Assembly (NCBI GenBank): GCA_044222475.1
Contig: JBGANF010000008.1
Coordinates: forward strand, 98,688 to 117,567
Reading direction: 5' to 3'
Source: Polyangiaceae bacterium
GTDB taxonomy: Bacteria; Myxococcota_A; Polyangia; Polyangiales; Polyangiaceae
Length of the DNA: 18,880 nt
This document shows, one piece after another, positions 7,072-16,315 of the stretch; positions within the stretch are counted from its first letter, which is position 1, and each line of letters starts with the position of its first letter. A model generated the notes under the pieces. The model was not told the DNA's origin. It ran no database searches and saw nothing but the letters and a program-made list of their open reading frames with translations. A program made the translations under genes and the position numbers.

Positions 7072-8667
7072 TCAGGGGCTGAGGCCCATCACGAACGCCT
7101 GCGTGGTGTTCCCGCTGGAGCTCACCGGGTTCGTGCCATCGAGGGCGACGGTGCCCTTCCAGTTCCCACCGACGCGCAGCTCGCTGCTGGACGCCACGAC
7201 GGCGACGGAGCTCGCCGTGACGGCTTCCCCCGAGTTTCCGGACGCGACTCCCTTGGCCCAGAGCACGGTCCCGCCCGGCGCGTACTTCACGATGAACGCT
7301 GCAGCGTTGTTGTTCGAGGGCGGACCTGCGATCGGCTTGCCATCCGCGGTGGTGTCCGTCGACTGGTGAGTGCCGACCGCGATGGCTTCACCCCAGCTGT
7401 CGAACGCGACGCCGCGGGTGTACTCGGGCTGGTTGTTGGCGCTGCCGCCGATCGTCTTCGCGTACTGCGCGGTCTTGCTCGTCGAGTCGAAGCCGACGAG
7501 GAACGCGTCGTTGATTCCAGTCGACGCGACCACTCCCTTGCCGAGATCGACGTTGCCGAACAATCCGCCGAGCCCGACGATCGACGACTTCGGGTCCGCG
7601 CCGATGGAATACGCGCTGGTGTCCTTCGTGCCGGCGTAGAGCTTCGTCCACACCTGCTTGCCGTTCGACGCAGCGAGGCGCCCGAAGAGAGCGTCGCGCT
7701 GCGAGTTGGCAGGACGCGCGATGTTGATCGACGCCAGCGAGTCGGCGACGGTCGTTGCTGCGCTCGAGGCCGAGATGTTGCCCGCGAACAGGACGTCGCC
7801 CGATGCGTCGGCGCCGAGCCCGAGGATGCCGTCGCTCGTGCCCTTGCCGCCCACGCCGTTGGCCCACTTGGTCGCGTGGGTCCCCGGGTCGAGGCCGATG
7901 ATCACGAAGTCGGCCAGGAAGTTCGACGGGTTGTCCTGGTTGGTGACCGGTCCTCCGCCGGTCCAGGTGACGGTGTTGCCGTCGAAAGTGCACCCGAGGG
8001 CGACGACCGTCGCGGAAGCGGCGATGCCGTTGCATCCATTGCTGATGCCGTTGTTGCTCGACGACATCATGACGACCCACTGACCCGCCCCGTCGGCGCC
8101 GGACAGCTTGGCGGCGAAGCCTCCGAGGTTGGACGACATCGTGGCGGTGTTGCCGACGGTGATCGAGCCCGAGTCGGTCTTTCCGCTCACGTACACGTTG
8201 CCCGCGGGGTCGACCGCGATTGCGGTCGCGTACTCGTCGTTGACGCCCAAGCTTCCGCCGGTACCGCCGATCGATGCGGCCCACAGCGTGGCGCCCGACG
8301 GGTCGAGCTTGACGACGAAGGTGTCCGCTCCCTTGGAGCTCGTGAGCTTCTTCCCGTTTCCGAAGTCCATCTGCGAGCCGTAGAAGATGCCTGCGGCGTA
8401 CGTGTTTCCGTTCTTGTCGGTGGCGACGCCGTCGACCTCGGTTCCGGGGAGCGTGCGCACCCACAACGTCTTCCCGGTCGCGGGAGGGGGACCCGCTTCG
8501 ATGCTGCCGTCCGTGGGAGGGGGCGAGTCGGGGTTGCCACCGTCCGTCACGGTTCCGTCCGGACCGGCATCGGTCGTTTGGACGACTGGCGTGTCACCGA
8601 CGCAAGCGGCCAAAGAGGCCAACGTGGAAAGAGCAGCAGCGCCGAGAAGGGGAAAGCCGATTTTCAT
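7072..8667 (-). CDS. SBBP/beta-propeller-repeat lipoprotein, 531 aa
   Basis: ATG 8667 gives 'MKIGFPLLGAAALSTLASLAAC', a signal peptide with an LAAC lipobox. Repeated 'G..GG.G...D.A.AIAVD.AGNVYVSG.T.S' blades are typical of SBBP beta-propeller repeats. The GTG at 8712 offered by the ORF track would overlap the upstream gene and gives a poor signal n-region. The stop abuts the creatininase stop with 0 bp between them. Confidence 0.8.
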   Translation of the reverse strand: MKIGFPLLGAAALSTLASLAACVGDTPVVQTTDAGPDGTVTDGGNPDSPPPTDGSIEAGPPPATGKTLWVRTLPGTEVDGVATDKNGNTYAAGIFYGSQMDFGNGKKLTSSKGADTFVVKLDPSGATLWAASIGGTGGSLGVNDEYATAIAVDPAGNVYVSGKTDSGSITVGNTATMSSNLGGFAAKLSGADGAGQWVVMMSSSNNGISNGCNGIAASATVVALGCTFDGNTVTWTGGGPVTNQDNPSNFLADFVIIGLDPGTHATKWANGVGGKGTSDGILGLGADASGDVLFAGNISASSAATTVADSLASINIARPANSQRDALFGRLAASNGKQVWTKLYAGTKDTSAYSIGADPKSSIVGLGGLFGNVDLGKGVVASTGINDAFLVGFDSTSKTAQYAKTIGGSANNQPEYTRGVAFDSWGEAIAVGTHQSTDTTADGKPIAGPPSNNNAAAFIVKYAPGGTVLWAKGVASGNSGEAVTASSVAVVASSSELRVGGNWKGTVALDGTNPVSSSGNTTQAFVMGLSP

Positions 8668-8695
8668 CGGCGCCCAGTCTATCACAGGGTGGCGG

Positions 8696-10648
8696 TCACT
8701 CCAGCCAGCCACCGGCGCTCATCAGCGCGACGGCGACACCGAGCAAGCTCTCCCCAGCGATGATCCCGCTGGCGACCGCGACGACGTACTTCTCCGCGTG
8801 CTCCTTCTTCGCGCGCTCCCAGAAGTAGGCGATGACCGCCCCGAGGAACATCGAGAAGGAGTTGAACCAAGGGATGACGAGGGACAGGCCGATGCCCATC
8901 GCCGACGGGATCCACTTCTTGTGCTTCGGGAACGCGAGCTCCAGGAGCGGAAGGATGATCCCGATCACGCCACCGACGACCATGCCCCAACGCGCCCACG
9001 GGTGGAGCGACTCGACGCCGTTGGCGAGAACTTCGGCGACGCCCTTCCAGACCTGCGCCGACGGAGCGGGGAACCGATCCGTCCCGAGCGCGGCCGGCGT
9101 CGGCACCAGCTTGTAGAACGCCGGGACGACGACGAGCGTACCGACGATCGTCCCCGACAGCTGAGCGAGGAACTGCTTCCGCGGGTTCGCGCCGAGGAGG
9201 TAGCCGCTCTTGAGATCGGTCAAGAGGTCGGCCGAGCTGCCGGCGGCGCCCGCGGTGATGCTCGCGGTCATCAAGTTGGTGACGACGTTCGCGGGAGCGA
9301 GGATTCCGTACGTGAGCTGCGTGATCTTCCCCATCGCGCCGACCGGTGTCGTGTCGGTCTCGCCGGTGGCGCGGCACGCGACGATCGAGAGGACGAACGA
9401 CAAGAGCACTGCCAGCACTCCGAGCCACGGCCTTATGCCGAAGAAGACGTAGCCGATGACCACGAGGCCGATGGTCGCGAAGACCATCCCGCCGCCGAAC
9501 CACGAGACAGGGACCTCGATCTTGTCCATCTCCTCGCGGACCTTCTCGGCGTCGCTGGTCGCCGCCGGCTTGCCGCCCTTCAGCAGCGCTCCGATGCCGC
9601 TGAAGGCGCGCAGCACGGTGCGCCACTGGAGCGCGAACGTCAGGAGTCCGGACGTGACCATCAGCGCCGCGCCCGGCCACAAGCTGAACGATACGATCGC
9701 GCGGTATCCGAGGGCCGCCGCGCCATGGTCGTCGAGGTGGGTCTTGATGGCGCCAGCGTCGAGCGCGCGCGGCGCGATGACGAAATAGTTGATGGTCGCA
9801 CCGATCAACATGCTGACCGTCGTGCGCAGGCCCATGAGCATGCCGGCCGCGATCATGATGAGCGAGCCTTCGAGGCCGACGGTCCAGTTCTTGAGCGCGA
9901 GGCCGCGAAGCTTGCCGGGGAAGGGGACGAGGCTTGGGATGACCGAGAGCTTCGTGAAGAATCCCAAGATGGGATGACCGGCGGCCGCGTGCGCGTCACG
10001 CAGCCACGCCACGACGGCGCCGGCGCCCATCGTGATGAAGAGCCACCGCGCCTTCTCGGCCGCCTCGGTGCCCTTCCCGTAGAGCGACTTGAGCGTCTCC
10101 GCGGCTGCGATGCCGGACGGGAACTTGAGCTGCTCCACGTTGATCATCTGGCGCTTCATCGGGATCGCCATGACGGTGCCGAGCACCGCCATGAAGAACG
10201 TCCACCCCATGAGCGTCGGCCACGGTAGGTGGTGGCCTTGGACCAGCAGGAGCGCGCAGATCGCCGACGTGGTCACGCCGCCGGTCGAGTAGCCGGCGGA
10301 AGATGCCGTCGACTGCATCGCGTTGTTCTCCAGCATCGTGAGGTTGGTGCCGAAGATGCTCGGAGCGATGCGCGAGAGCGTCGAGTACAGCGCGAACGAG
10401 AGGATGCACGCGGTGATCGCGACGCCGAGCCCCCACCCGGTCTTGAGACCGACGTACAGGTTCGACAGCGCCATGAGGGCGCCGAGCACGCTGCCCACGA
10501 TGAACGACCGGACGGTGAACTGCGGGACGTCGCCGCGGTAGACGGTCTGGAACCACTCGACTTCGGGGTCGCCGTGGGGTTTCTCCTTCGCCGCCGACTC
10601 GCGGTACGCGGCTTCCTTCTCGGCTTCGGCTTCCGTCGGGATGGACAT
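8696..10648 (-). CDS. OPT-family oligopeptide transporter, 650 aa
   Basis: The N-terminus 'YRGDVPQFTVRSFIVGSVLGALMALSNLYVGLKTGWGLGVAITACILSFA' and many hydrophobic segments match OPT-superfamily transporters, at a typical length of about 650 aa. The start is ATG 10648. Confidence 0.9.
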   Translation of the reverse strand: MSIPTEAEAEKEAAYRESAAKEKPHGDPEVEWFQTVYRGDVPQFTVRSFIVGSVLGALMALSNLYVGLKTGWGLGVAITACILSFALYSTLSRIAPSIFGTNLTMLENNAMQSTASSAGYSTGGVTTSAICALLLVQGHHLPWPTLMGWTFFMAVLGTVMAIPMKRQMINVEQLKFPSGIAAAETLKSLYGKGTEAAEKARWLFITMGAGAVVAWLRDAHAAAGHPILGFFTKLSVIPSLVPFPGKLRGLALKNWTVGLEGSLIMIAAGMLMGLRTTVSMLIGATINYFVIAPRALDAGAIKTHLDDHGAAALGYRAIVSFSLWPGAALMVTSGLLTFALQWRTVLRAFSGIGALLKGGKPAATSDAEKVREEMDKIEVPVSWFGGGMVFATIGLVVIGYVFFGIRPWLGVLAVLLSFVLSIVACRATGETDTTPVGAMGKITQLTYGILAPANVVTNLMTASITAGAAGSSADLLTDLKSGYLLGANPRKQFLAQLSGTIVGTLVVVPAFYKLVPTPAALGTDRFPAPSAQVWKGVAEVLANGVESLHPWARWGMVVGGVIGIILPLLELAFPKHKKWIPSAMGIGLSLVIPWFNSFSMFLGAVIAYFWERAKKEHAEKYVVAVASGIIAGESLLGVAVALMSAGGWLE

Positions 10649-10672
10649 CGGCCCGGACGATACGCCAGCCGC

Positions 10673-10684
10673 TCAAAAAGGGAA
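10673..10684. promoter_or_regulatory. CAAAAAGGGAAC motif in the 44-bp gap upstream of the OPT gene; a near-identical copy lies at 18861-18873
   Basis: AAAAA runs occur only about three times in this window (near 255, 10675 and 18862), and two of them are embedded in the same 12-13-mer. Each copy lies 5' of a minus-strand gene start. Confidence 0.3.
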
Positions 10685-10692
10685 CGGGCCTC

Positions 10693-13600
10693 TCACTGCG
10701 GACGGTCGTTGACGCACCGCACGAGGTGGCGACCGCCGTTGCCCATGATTCCGAGCTCGGCGGTGGGCGCGTCGGACTTCGGCAACTTGGCGGCGAATGC
10801 ATCGTCGCCGAGCGTCGTCACGAACGCTCCCCGCTCGAGACACGCCCCACCGCGCGTGACGTGCAGCCGCGCGAGGAACCCGCTCGTCGACGGGTGGAAC
10901 GTGATGGGCGCGTCGTCCTTCTTCTTCGCGTCGAACTTCACGCTGATCGTCGATGCCGGCCACCGCTCGTCGATGACCCAAGCGCTGTCGTGACCGGTGC
11001 AGATGCCGACGTTCTTTCCTCCGAGGTCGACGCTGCCGAGCGCCTCCGGCTCGCCGATGCTGCCGCTGTCGATGTCGACCGGGAGCACCCACTGGGTCGC
11101 CGCTGCGCCGACGGTCTGCGGCTGTCCGTCGATCACGACACCGACGGTGCGACCGCCCTCGCGCCGCGCCAACCGAGCTTGCGCCGGGCGCCCGTCCTGC
11201 GCCGCGCGCGGAATGCGAGCAAGCTCTCGCGCGAGCCCGCCCTCGACCTCGTAGAGGATCAGCGTCGAGTAGTCGCCCGGGCTCGTCGCCGCGACGTACC
11301 AGTGACCCTGCATCCGCACCGCGGCGTCGATCTCGCCGATGACCGCGCCGTCCAGCCGATGGACCTCGAACGGCGGTCGGTCGGCCTCGAGCTCGAACGC
11401 GACGGTGTCCATGGGGGACGCGCCGGACGCGTTGCGCCGAGCGAGGAGGAGCATGTGCGTCGTGTCGTCACCGGCGACGACCGACCACTGGCTCACCGGT
11501 CGGGTGATCTGACCCAGGGTGACGAAGTTCGTGTTCTCGCCCAACACCGACGGCGTGGCCATCGACTGCGTCGCGTGCACGACGTTCGACGACTCGAACG
11601 GACCGGTGAAGCGGAACAACGTGCGTCCCTTCGTCTCCCACTCGATGCCCTTCGGACCCCACGCGTAGACGCGCAGGAGGGAGCCGATGAGCACCGTCAT
11701 CTGGTTCCCGCGCTCGGCCACGGCGCCGACGGGGGTGCTCCAGCCGAGCTCGTCGGTGCCGAGCTTCGGTGCGGCGGTGCCGAAGAACGACTCCCAACGT
11801 TGCGTCACGATCGCCGGGCCGCGCCCGTAGTAGTAACCGGGGTAGGTCGTCACGGCGGGCGAGGGGAGCTCGGCCACGTCTTTCGCCTTCGTCACCACCT
11901 CGCACCGAAGCGCGAGCGTCGGCGCGACGGGTCGACCGGGGATGGGCACGGAGCTCGGGATCGCGACGGCGGAGTCTTTGGCGGCCGTTCCCCAACCCAC
12001 GCGCGCCCAACCAGCGAGCGTGCAACCGACCGGGCTGCACGCTCGGGCGAGCGGCGCGCCGCGGTGGCGCACGTCGAGCGGATCCGGCAGGTCGATCACC
12101 TCCCACGACTTTCCGCCGTCGGTCGTCTCGTAGCCGCGGCGCGCACCCGTGAACGCGAGCGCGTAGCGTCCGGCCACCATCGTCGTCCCGAGATCGCGGA
12201 TGTACTTTCCGTACGTCGCGTGGCCGTCGGTGCGGAGCTCGATTCCCAAATAGGTACCGCCGAGCTCGACCCAGCCGGTGAGCGCGCCTTGCGCTCGCTC
12301 CTCGAAGCCGTCGAGCCACGTGCCGGATCGAAGCGTCTGCTCGACGAGGTCGGACACGTCTTCGCCCTCTTCGCCGGCCGCCGTGCGGAGCGTGAACACG
12401 ATCGGAAACGTGGTCGCCTTGCCCTTGTCGAGCACGGTGATGCGCGCACCGGCGAGGTCGCCTTGGGGCGGAGACACGATGACCGTGCGCCCGTCCGCGA
12501 GAGGAACGATGCGTTCCGCCCCGACGTCACCCTTCACGTCGAGCTCGGTGAAGGTCTCGTTGGCGGCGCCGATGCAATACACCTGGTGACCGCGCGTGCC
12601 GCCGTCGCCCGTGCCATCGGGATCGCACGTGCCTTTTACGACGAGGTTGCCGTTCGCGGGGCTCCCGATCTGGCGCGGCTTCGAGAAGTGGCGGATGAGC
12701 CGCATCCGCGAGGCGTTCGCGTCCCACGCGTAGATTTCGGTCGCGCCTCGCGGTTGGCCGCACACGAACCCGAACGCGGCCATGTCCTTCGGCCTCGGCA
12801 GCGGCACCGCGTGGCACGCCGACGGTCGCAGCGGATACGCGTTGGGGACCTCTTCGACGATGACGCCGTCGCGGAGGCGCACGCGCGAGAGCGTGCCGTC
12901 GCGTGCGACGAGAGCCGTGCCGTCGGTGAGCGGCCAACCGTCTTCGACTGCGGCGACGATCGGGCGCTTGCCGAGGACGCGACCACCGTCGTTCTGCTCT
13001 TCCTCGACGTCCTCTTCTTTGGTGGGGTCGCCGATGCGAGTGACGCTCCCGTCCGCTTGCAGCGCGAAGTAGGCGTTCTGCCTGGTGGCGTCGATGCCGG
13101 AGATCACGAGGGCGTCGCCGACGAGGCTCACGTCGCGCGCCTGCGCCTGGAGCGCGAGCGGCTTCCACGTGCTGCCCGCGTCGAGCGTGACGACCGCGCC
13201 GCGAAGGTCGGTGATCGCGACGGCGCGCCAACCGTCGGCGGCGGCGTACGAGCCGACGAACGGTGAGGGAGGCCACGGACCGAGGTCGAGCGGAGCGCCG
13301 GACTTCGGCTCGAAGGCGAGGTGGGTCATCGACGACGTGCGCACGTACGCACGGTCGAGCCCGATGAAGACTCGCGTGATGCCGACGGGCGACGTGTAGA
13401 TCGGGCGGAGGGGACCGAGCCACTCGTCGGCGCGCCAGACCACCGAGCCCACGACGAAGAGGAAACCTCCGCCCATGCGCGGCGGGACGCTCACCGTCTG
13501 CGACGGCGGCTGACTGAACACTTGAGAAGCGGCGAGGACGCCTCCTCCCGGAAGGTTGAGGATGCGGACGCCGGCGGTCATCGTCCGCAGGCCTCGCCCG

Positions 13601-13842
13601 GCCTCGAACCCGAAGCGATGGGCAGCGTCGTACTCGACGGGGACCACGTGAGGTTCGGACGGCGGTTTGTCGAGCGGTTTGGCGGGGGCGGCGAGCGCGA
13701 GGGTGCTCTGATCCGCCGGCGAGGCCGCGTGGGGCGCGCACGCCGCGGCCGCGCCGAGTGCGACGAGCACTGCGAACGAGGCGAACGAGGGCGGACGACC
13801 AGGCGACGTCATCTTCAAGGAGACAGCCTCTCGCGACGCCAT
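10693..13842 (-). CDS. Large secreted protein, 1049 aa, with two BNR/Asp-box-like motifs; function unknown
   Basis: ATG 13842 has a GAAGGAAGG SD 6 nt upstream (13849-13857). The N-terminus has a signal peptide, '[22 protein letters not shown]'. Two SxDxGxTW-like motifs are present, '[11 protein letters not shown]' and '[11 protein letters not shown]'. GC3 is high across the 3.1 kb. The start overlaps the pdxH 3' end by 28 nt. Confidence 0.85.
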   Translation of the reverse strand: MASREAVSLKMTSPGRPPSFASFAVLVALGAAAACAPHAASPADQSTLALAAPAKPLDKPPSEPHVVPVEYDAAHRFGFEAGRGLRTMTAGVRILNLPGGGVLAASQVFSQPPSQTVSVPPRMGGGFLFVVGSVVWRADEWLGPLRPIYTSPVGITRVFIGLDRAYVRTSSMTHLAFEPKSGAPLDLGPWPPSPFVGSYAAADGWRAVAITDLRGAVVTLDAGSTWKPLALQAQARDVSLVGDALVISGIDATRQNAYFALQADGSVTRIGDPTKEEDVEEEQNDGGRVLGKRPIVAAVEDGWPLTDGTALVARDGTLSRVRLRDGVIVEEVPNAYPLRPSACHAVPLPRPKDMAAFGFVCGQPRGATEIYAWDANASRMRLIRHFSKPRQIGSPANGNLVVKGTCDPDGTGDGGTRGHQVYCIGAANETFTELDVKGDVGAERIVPLADGRTVIVSPPQGDLAGARITVLDKGKATTFPIVFTLRTAAGEEGEDVSDLVEQTLRSGTWLDGFEERAQGALTGWVELGGTYLGIELRTDGHATYGKYIRDLGTTMVAGRYALAFTGARRGYETTDGGKSWEVIDLPDPLDVRHRGAPLARACSPVGCTLAGWARVGWGTAAKDSAVAIPSSVPIPGRPVAPTLALRCEVVTKAKDVAELPSPAVTTYPGYYYGRGPAIVTQRWESFFGTAAPKLGTDELGWSTPVGAVAERGNQMTVLIGSLLRVYAWGPKGIEWETKGRTLFRFTGPFESSNVVHATQSMATPSVLGENTNFVTLGQITRPVSQWSVVAGDDTTHMLLLARRNASGASPMDTVAFELEADRPPFEVHRLDGAVIGEIDAAVRMQGHWYVAATSPGDYSTLILYEVEGGLARELARIPRAAQDGRPAQARLARREGGRTVGVVIDGQPQTVGAAATQWVLPVDIDSGSIGEPEALGSVDLGGKNVGICTGHDSAWVIDERWPASTISVKFDAKKKDDAPITFHPSTSGFLARLHVTRGGACLERGAFVTTLGDDAFAAKLPKSDAPTAELGIMGNGGRHLVRCVNDRPQ

Positions 13843-14468
13843 GTTCCGCCTTCCTTCAGGTAGCGGAGACGGTCGTGAAGGCGATTCGGTCTACCCTGCC
13901 AGAACTCGATACTTGCAGGATGCACGCGATACCCGCCCCAGTGCGGCGGGACCGGCACTTCGCGCCCCGCGTACTCGGCTTCGAGCTCGGCCAGGCGCGC
14001 CTCGAGGACGTCACGCCCGGCGACGACGGCGCTCTGCTCCGACGCCCACGCGCCGAGCTGGGAGCCCCGCGGCCGGGTCCGAAAATACGCTTCGGTCTCC
14101 TCCCGGGTCACTTTGTCGACGGTTCCTCGGATCCGCACCTGCCGCTCGAGCGGGAGCCACGCGAAGCACAGCGATGCGACCGGGTGGCGCGCGAGATCCT
14201 TCGCCTTTCGGCTTCCGTAGTTGGTGAAGAACACGAAGCCCCGCTCGTCGAACTCCTTGAGGAGCACGGCTCGCGCGTCGGGCGCGCCGTCGCCGTCGAC
14301 CGTGGCGAGGATCATCGCGTTCGGTTCCGGTACTGCGGCGGCGCGCGCCTCTTCGAACCAGCGGCCGAATTGCGTGATCGGATCGGGGTCGGCGTCGGAG
14401 TCGGCGAGGCCGGCGCGAGTGTAGGTCTCGCGGAGGTCGGCCAGCGAAGGAGGCGGCATCGCGCCCAT
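13815..14468 (-). CDS. pdxH: Pyridoxamine/pyridoxine 5'-phosphate oxidase
   Basis: The C-terminal '[31 protein letters not shown]' matches the PdxH signature (E. coli: IEFWQGGEHRLHDRF...RLAP). The protein is 217 aa. The start is ATG 14468 or 14459. Confidence 0.9.
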   Translation of the reverse strand: MGAMPPPSLADLRETYTRAGLADSDADPDPITQFGRWFEEARAAAVPEPNAMILATVDGDGAPDARAVLLKEFDERGFVFFTNYGSRKAKDLARHPVASLCFAWLPLERQVRIRGTVDKVTREETEAYFRTRPRGSQLGAWASEQSAVVAGRDVLEARLAELEAEYAGREVPVPPHWGGYRVHPASIEFWQGRPNRLHDRLRYLKEGGTWRRERLSP

Positions 14469-14531
14469 GATAGGCGATTTCGCGTCGCTCGCCTGCCTCG
14501 CCGCTCCCTGCTACCGTGCACGCCGGTGAGC

Positions 14532-15371
14532 ATGGACGAAGCCCTCGCCCGGGCACGTTTTCTCGAGCTGGTTCGGCGCGAGATGGAGGCGACCGAGGTC
14601 ACCGTCGTCCCGGCGGGGCCGTCGGTCGCCGACCCCGGCGTTCTCACGTCGGCGTTCGGCAAAGACGAGATGATCGTCGTTCGCTTCGACGCCGCTCCGG
14701 ACGACCGAGAGGCGAAGGGTCGCCGGCTCGAGATGCTGTCGATCGCCTTCCAGACCGCCCGCGAGGGCGAGGCGCCGAAGAAGCGCATCTCGGCGCGCTC
14801 CCTCCGCGACGAGCTTCGGGCGCTGGCCGCGCGGGCGAACGCGCTCGACGCCCTCGTGATCGATGCTCACTCGCCCGTGGTGTGGGGGGCCGTCCTCGGG
14901 GTTCGGGCCAAGCCGGGCGCCCAGGTGATCCCGCTGTCGGCCAAGGGGCGCGAGCGCGTGGAGCTCGTTCAGGAGTCTCACCGCGATCTGATCGCCGCGC
15001 TCGGAGTGAACGACGACGACACCGAAGACGACGGCCACATCTCTCAGCCACCGCCCGACACGAGCTCTCCTCTCTCCGAGAAAGCCGTCGAGGCGGTGCG
15101 CGCGCTCCCGATCCTCGCGCAGCTGCACCGCGGGGCCCACCTCGCCCACGCCGAGCGAAGCGAGGGGCTCGGCTGGATCGCGCGGAGCTTCGCCGCCATC
15201 TACGTTCTCATCCTCGTGTTCGACAAAGCGTTCGACGAGATTCGCGCGGAGCGCGCGCTTCGCGACGGGCTGCCCATCGTCGAGCGACTCGTCCTCGCGC
15301 TTCCGCCGCTCGATCCCGAGCCGGCGCCGAAGGCCGGTGTGATCTCTCTACGCATGCGGAGGCGCCGATGA
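14532..15371 (+). CDS. Hypothetical protein, 279 aa, translationally coupled to the M23 peptidase gene
   Basis: ATG 14532 has GGTGAG 4 nt upstream. The upstream part of the ORF-track frame is antisense to pdxH and is rejected. The stop TGA at 15369-15371 overlaps the next ATG at 15368. No signal peptide or family was recognised. Confidence 0.65.
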   Translation: MDEALARARFLELVRREMEATEVTVVPAGPSVADPGVLTSAFGKDEMIVVRFDAAPDDREAKGRRLEMLSIAFQTAREGEAPKKRISARSLRDELRALAARANALDALVIDAHSPVVWGAVLGVRAKPGAQVIPLSAKGRERVELVQESHRDLIAALGVNDDDTEDDGHISQPPPDTSSPLSEKAVEAVRALPILAQLHRGAHLAHAERSEGLGWIARSFAAIYVLILVFDKAFDEIRAERALRDGLPIVERLVLALPPLDPEPAPKAGVISLRMRRRR

Positions 15372-16315
15372 AGCGGTTCTCGATCGTTCTGGTCAGCGTG
15401 CTCCTAGCCGGCTGCGGTGACGCCGTGGATTCGATCGACGTCGACGGCGCAGCGCCGCCCGACGGAGCCTCCGACGTCAGCCAAGGCACGGACGCGACGG
15501 CCAAGCCCGACGCCACCGACGCCAGCGCGCCCGACGCGCCGTCGCTGCCGATCACCTGCACGGGGAAGGCTCCCGGCGCGTACTGCGGCGGCGACCAGGT
15601 CACCAACGGCGATCCTTCGACGCTGTACGAGTGCCCCGGCGCGGGACAAGCGCCGACCAAGGCGACGCCGTGCGTCGCCGGTTGCGTGGTCGAGCCACCG
15701 GGCACCGCGGATCATTGTAAAGCGCAACCATCCCAGAACGGATACCGGCTGCCCTGGTCCAAGAACGTCACCATGAAGCTGACGCAGGACTGCAACGACT
15801 CGTGCTGCTCCGACCACGTCGGCAACGACAAGTACGCGTGGGACTTCGCGAACGGCGGCGCCTTCACCGTGCTCGCCGCGCGCGGCGGAACGATCACCCA
15901 CCTCAAGATCAACAGCACCACCGGCTGCGGCACCAGCGGGTGCGTGAACGACGCGAACGTCATCGTGATCGATCACGGGGACGGCACCGAGTCGACGTAC
16001 CTCCACCTCGCGGGAAACAGCCTCGCGGCCGGCATCACGTGCGGTGCGACCGTCACGCAAGGTCAGGCGCTCGCGACGGCGGGTACCACCGGGTGGTCCA
16101 CCGGGATTCACCTGCACTACCAAGTGGAGAAGGTGCACGCCAACGTCGCCAAGTGCGAGTGCGGCACGAACGGCAACACGTGCGCGGCGAACACGGTGCC
16201 GTGGGGCAGCTTCTGGCCGACGGTCACCTATCCGACGGTGGCGATCGACTTCGACGAGTGGCAGTCGTCGCAGTGCGCCAACCGCCGCATCACGATGCCG
16301 CAGTCGCTCAACTGA
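15368..16315 (+). CDS. M23-family (LytM-like) metallopeptidase lipoprotein
   Basis: 'MKRFSIVLVSVLLAGCGD' carries a lipobox. The M23 zinc-ligand motifs HxxxD ('DHVGNDKYAWDF') and HxH ('GIHLHYQV') are present. A Cys-rich N-terminal linker or module precedes the catalytic domain. Confidence 0.85.
   Translation: MKRFSIVLVSVLLAGCGDAVDSIDVDGAAPPDGASDVSQGTDATAKPDATDASAPDAPSLPITCTGKAPGAYCGGDQVTNGDPSTLYECPGAGQAPTKATPCVAGCVVEPPGTADHCKAQPSQNGYRLPWSKNVTMKLTQDCNDSCCSDHVGNDKYAWDFANGGAFTVLAARGGTITHLKINSTTGCGTSGCVNDANVIVIDHGDGTESTYLHLAGNSLAAGITCGATVTQGQALATAGTTGWSTGIHLHYQVEKVHANVAKCECGTNGNTCAANTVPWGSFWPTVTYPTVAIDFDEWQSSQCANRRITMPQSLN

Noticed and set aside
8668-8712. GTG start at 8712 for the SBBP lipoprotein
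   Set aside because: It would overlap the OPT gene and give an acidic, non-signal-like N-terminus. ATG 8667 yields MK + h-region + LAAC lipobox. The GTG start is kept only as a lower-probability alternative.
7366-10228. 465-aa and 613-aa plus-strand ORFs (7366..8763 and 8387..10228)
   Set aside because: They are antisense to the SBBP lipoprotein and OPT transporter genes. The minus-strand products have clear family signatures and the plus-strand ones have none.
10726-13266. 846-aa plus-strand ORF
   Set aside because: It lies wholly antisense inside the 1049-aa minus-strand gene. The Arg/Asp/Glu-rich low-complexity translation marks it as a mirror-frame artefact.
13758-14531. Upstream extension of the 14532 gene (ORF-track start 13758)
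   Set aside because: That portion is antisense to pdxH, which has an unambiguous PdxH signature. Coding statistics and a GGTGAG SD support ATG 14532 instead.
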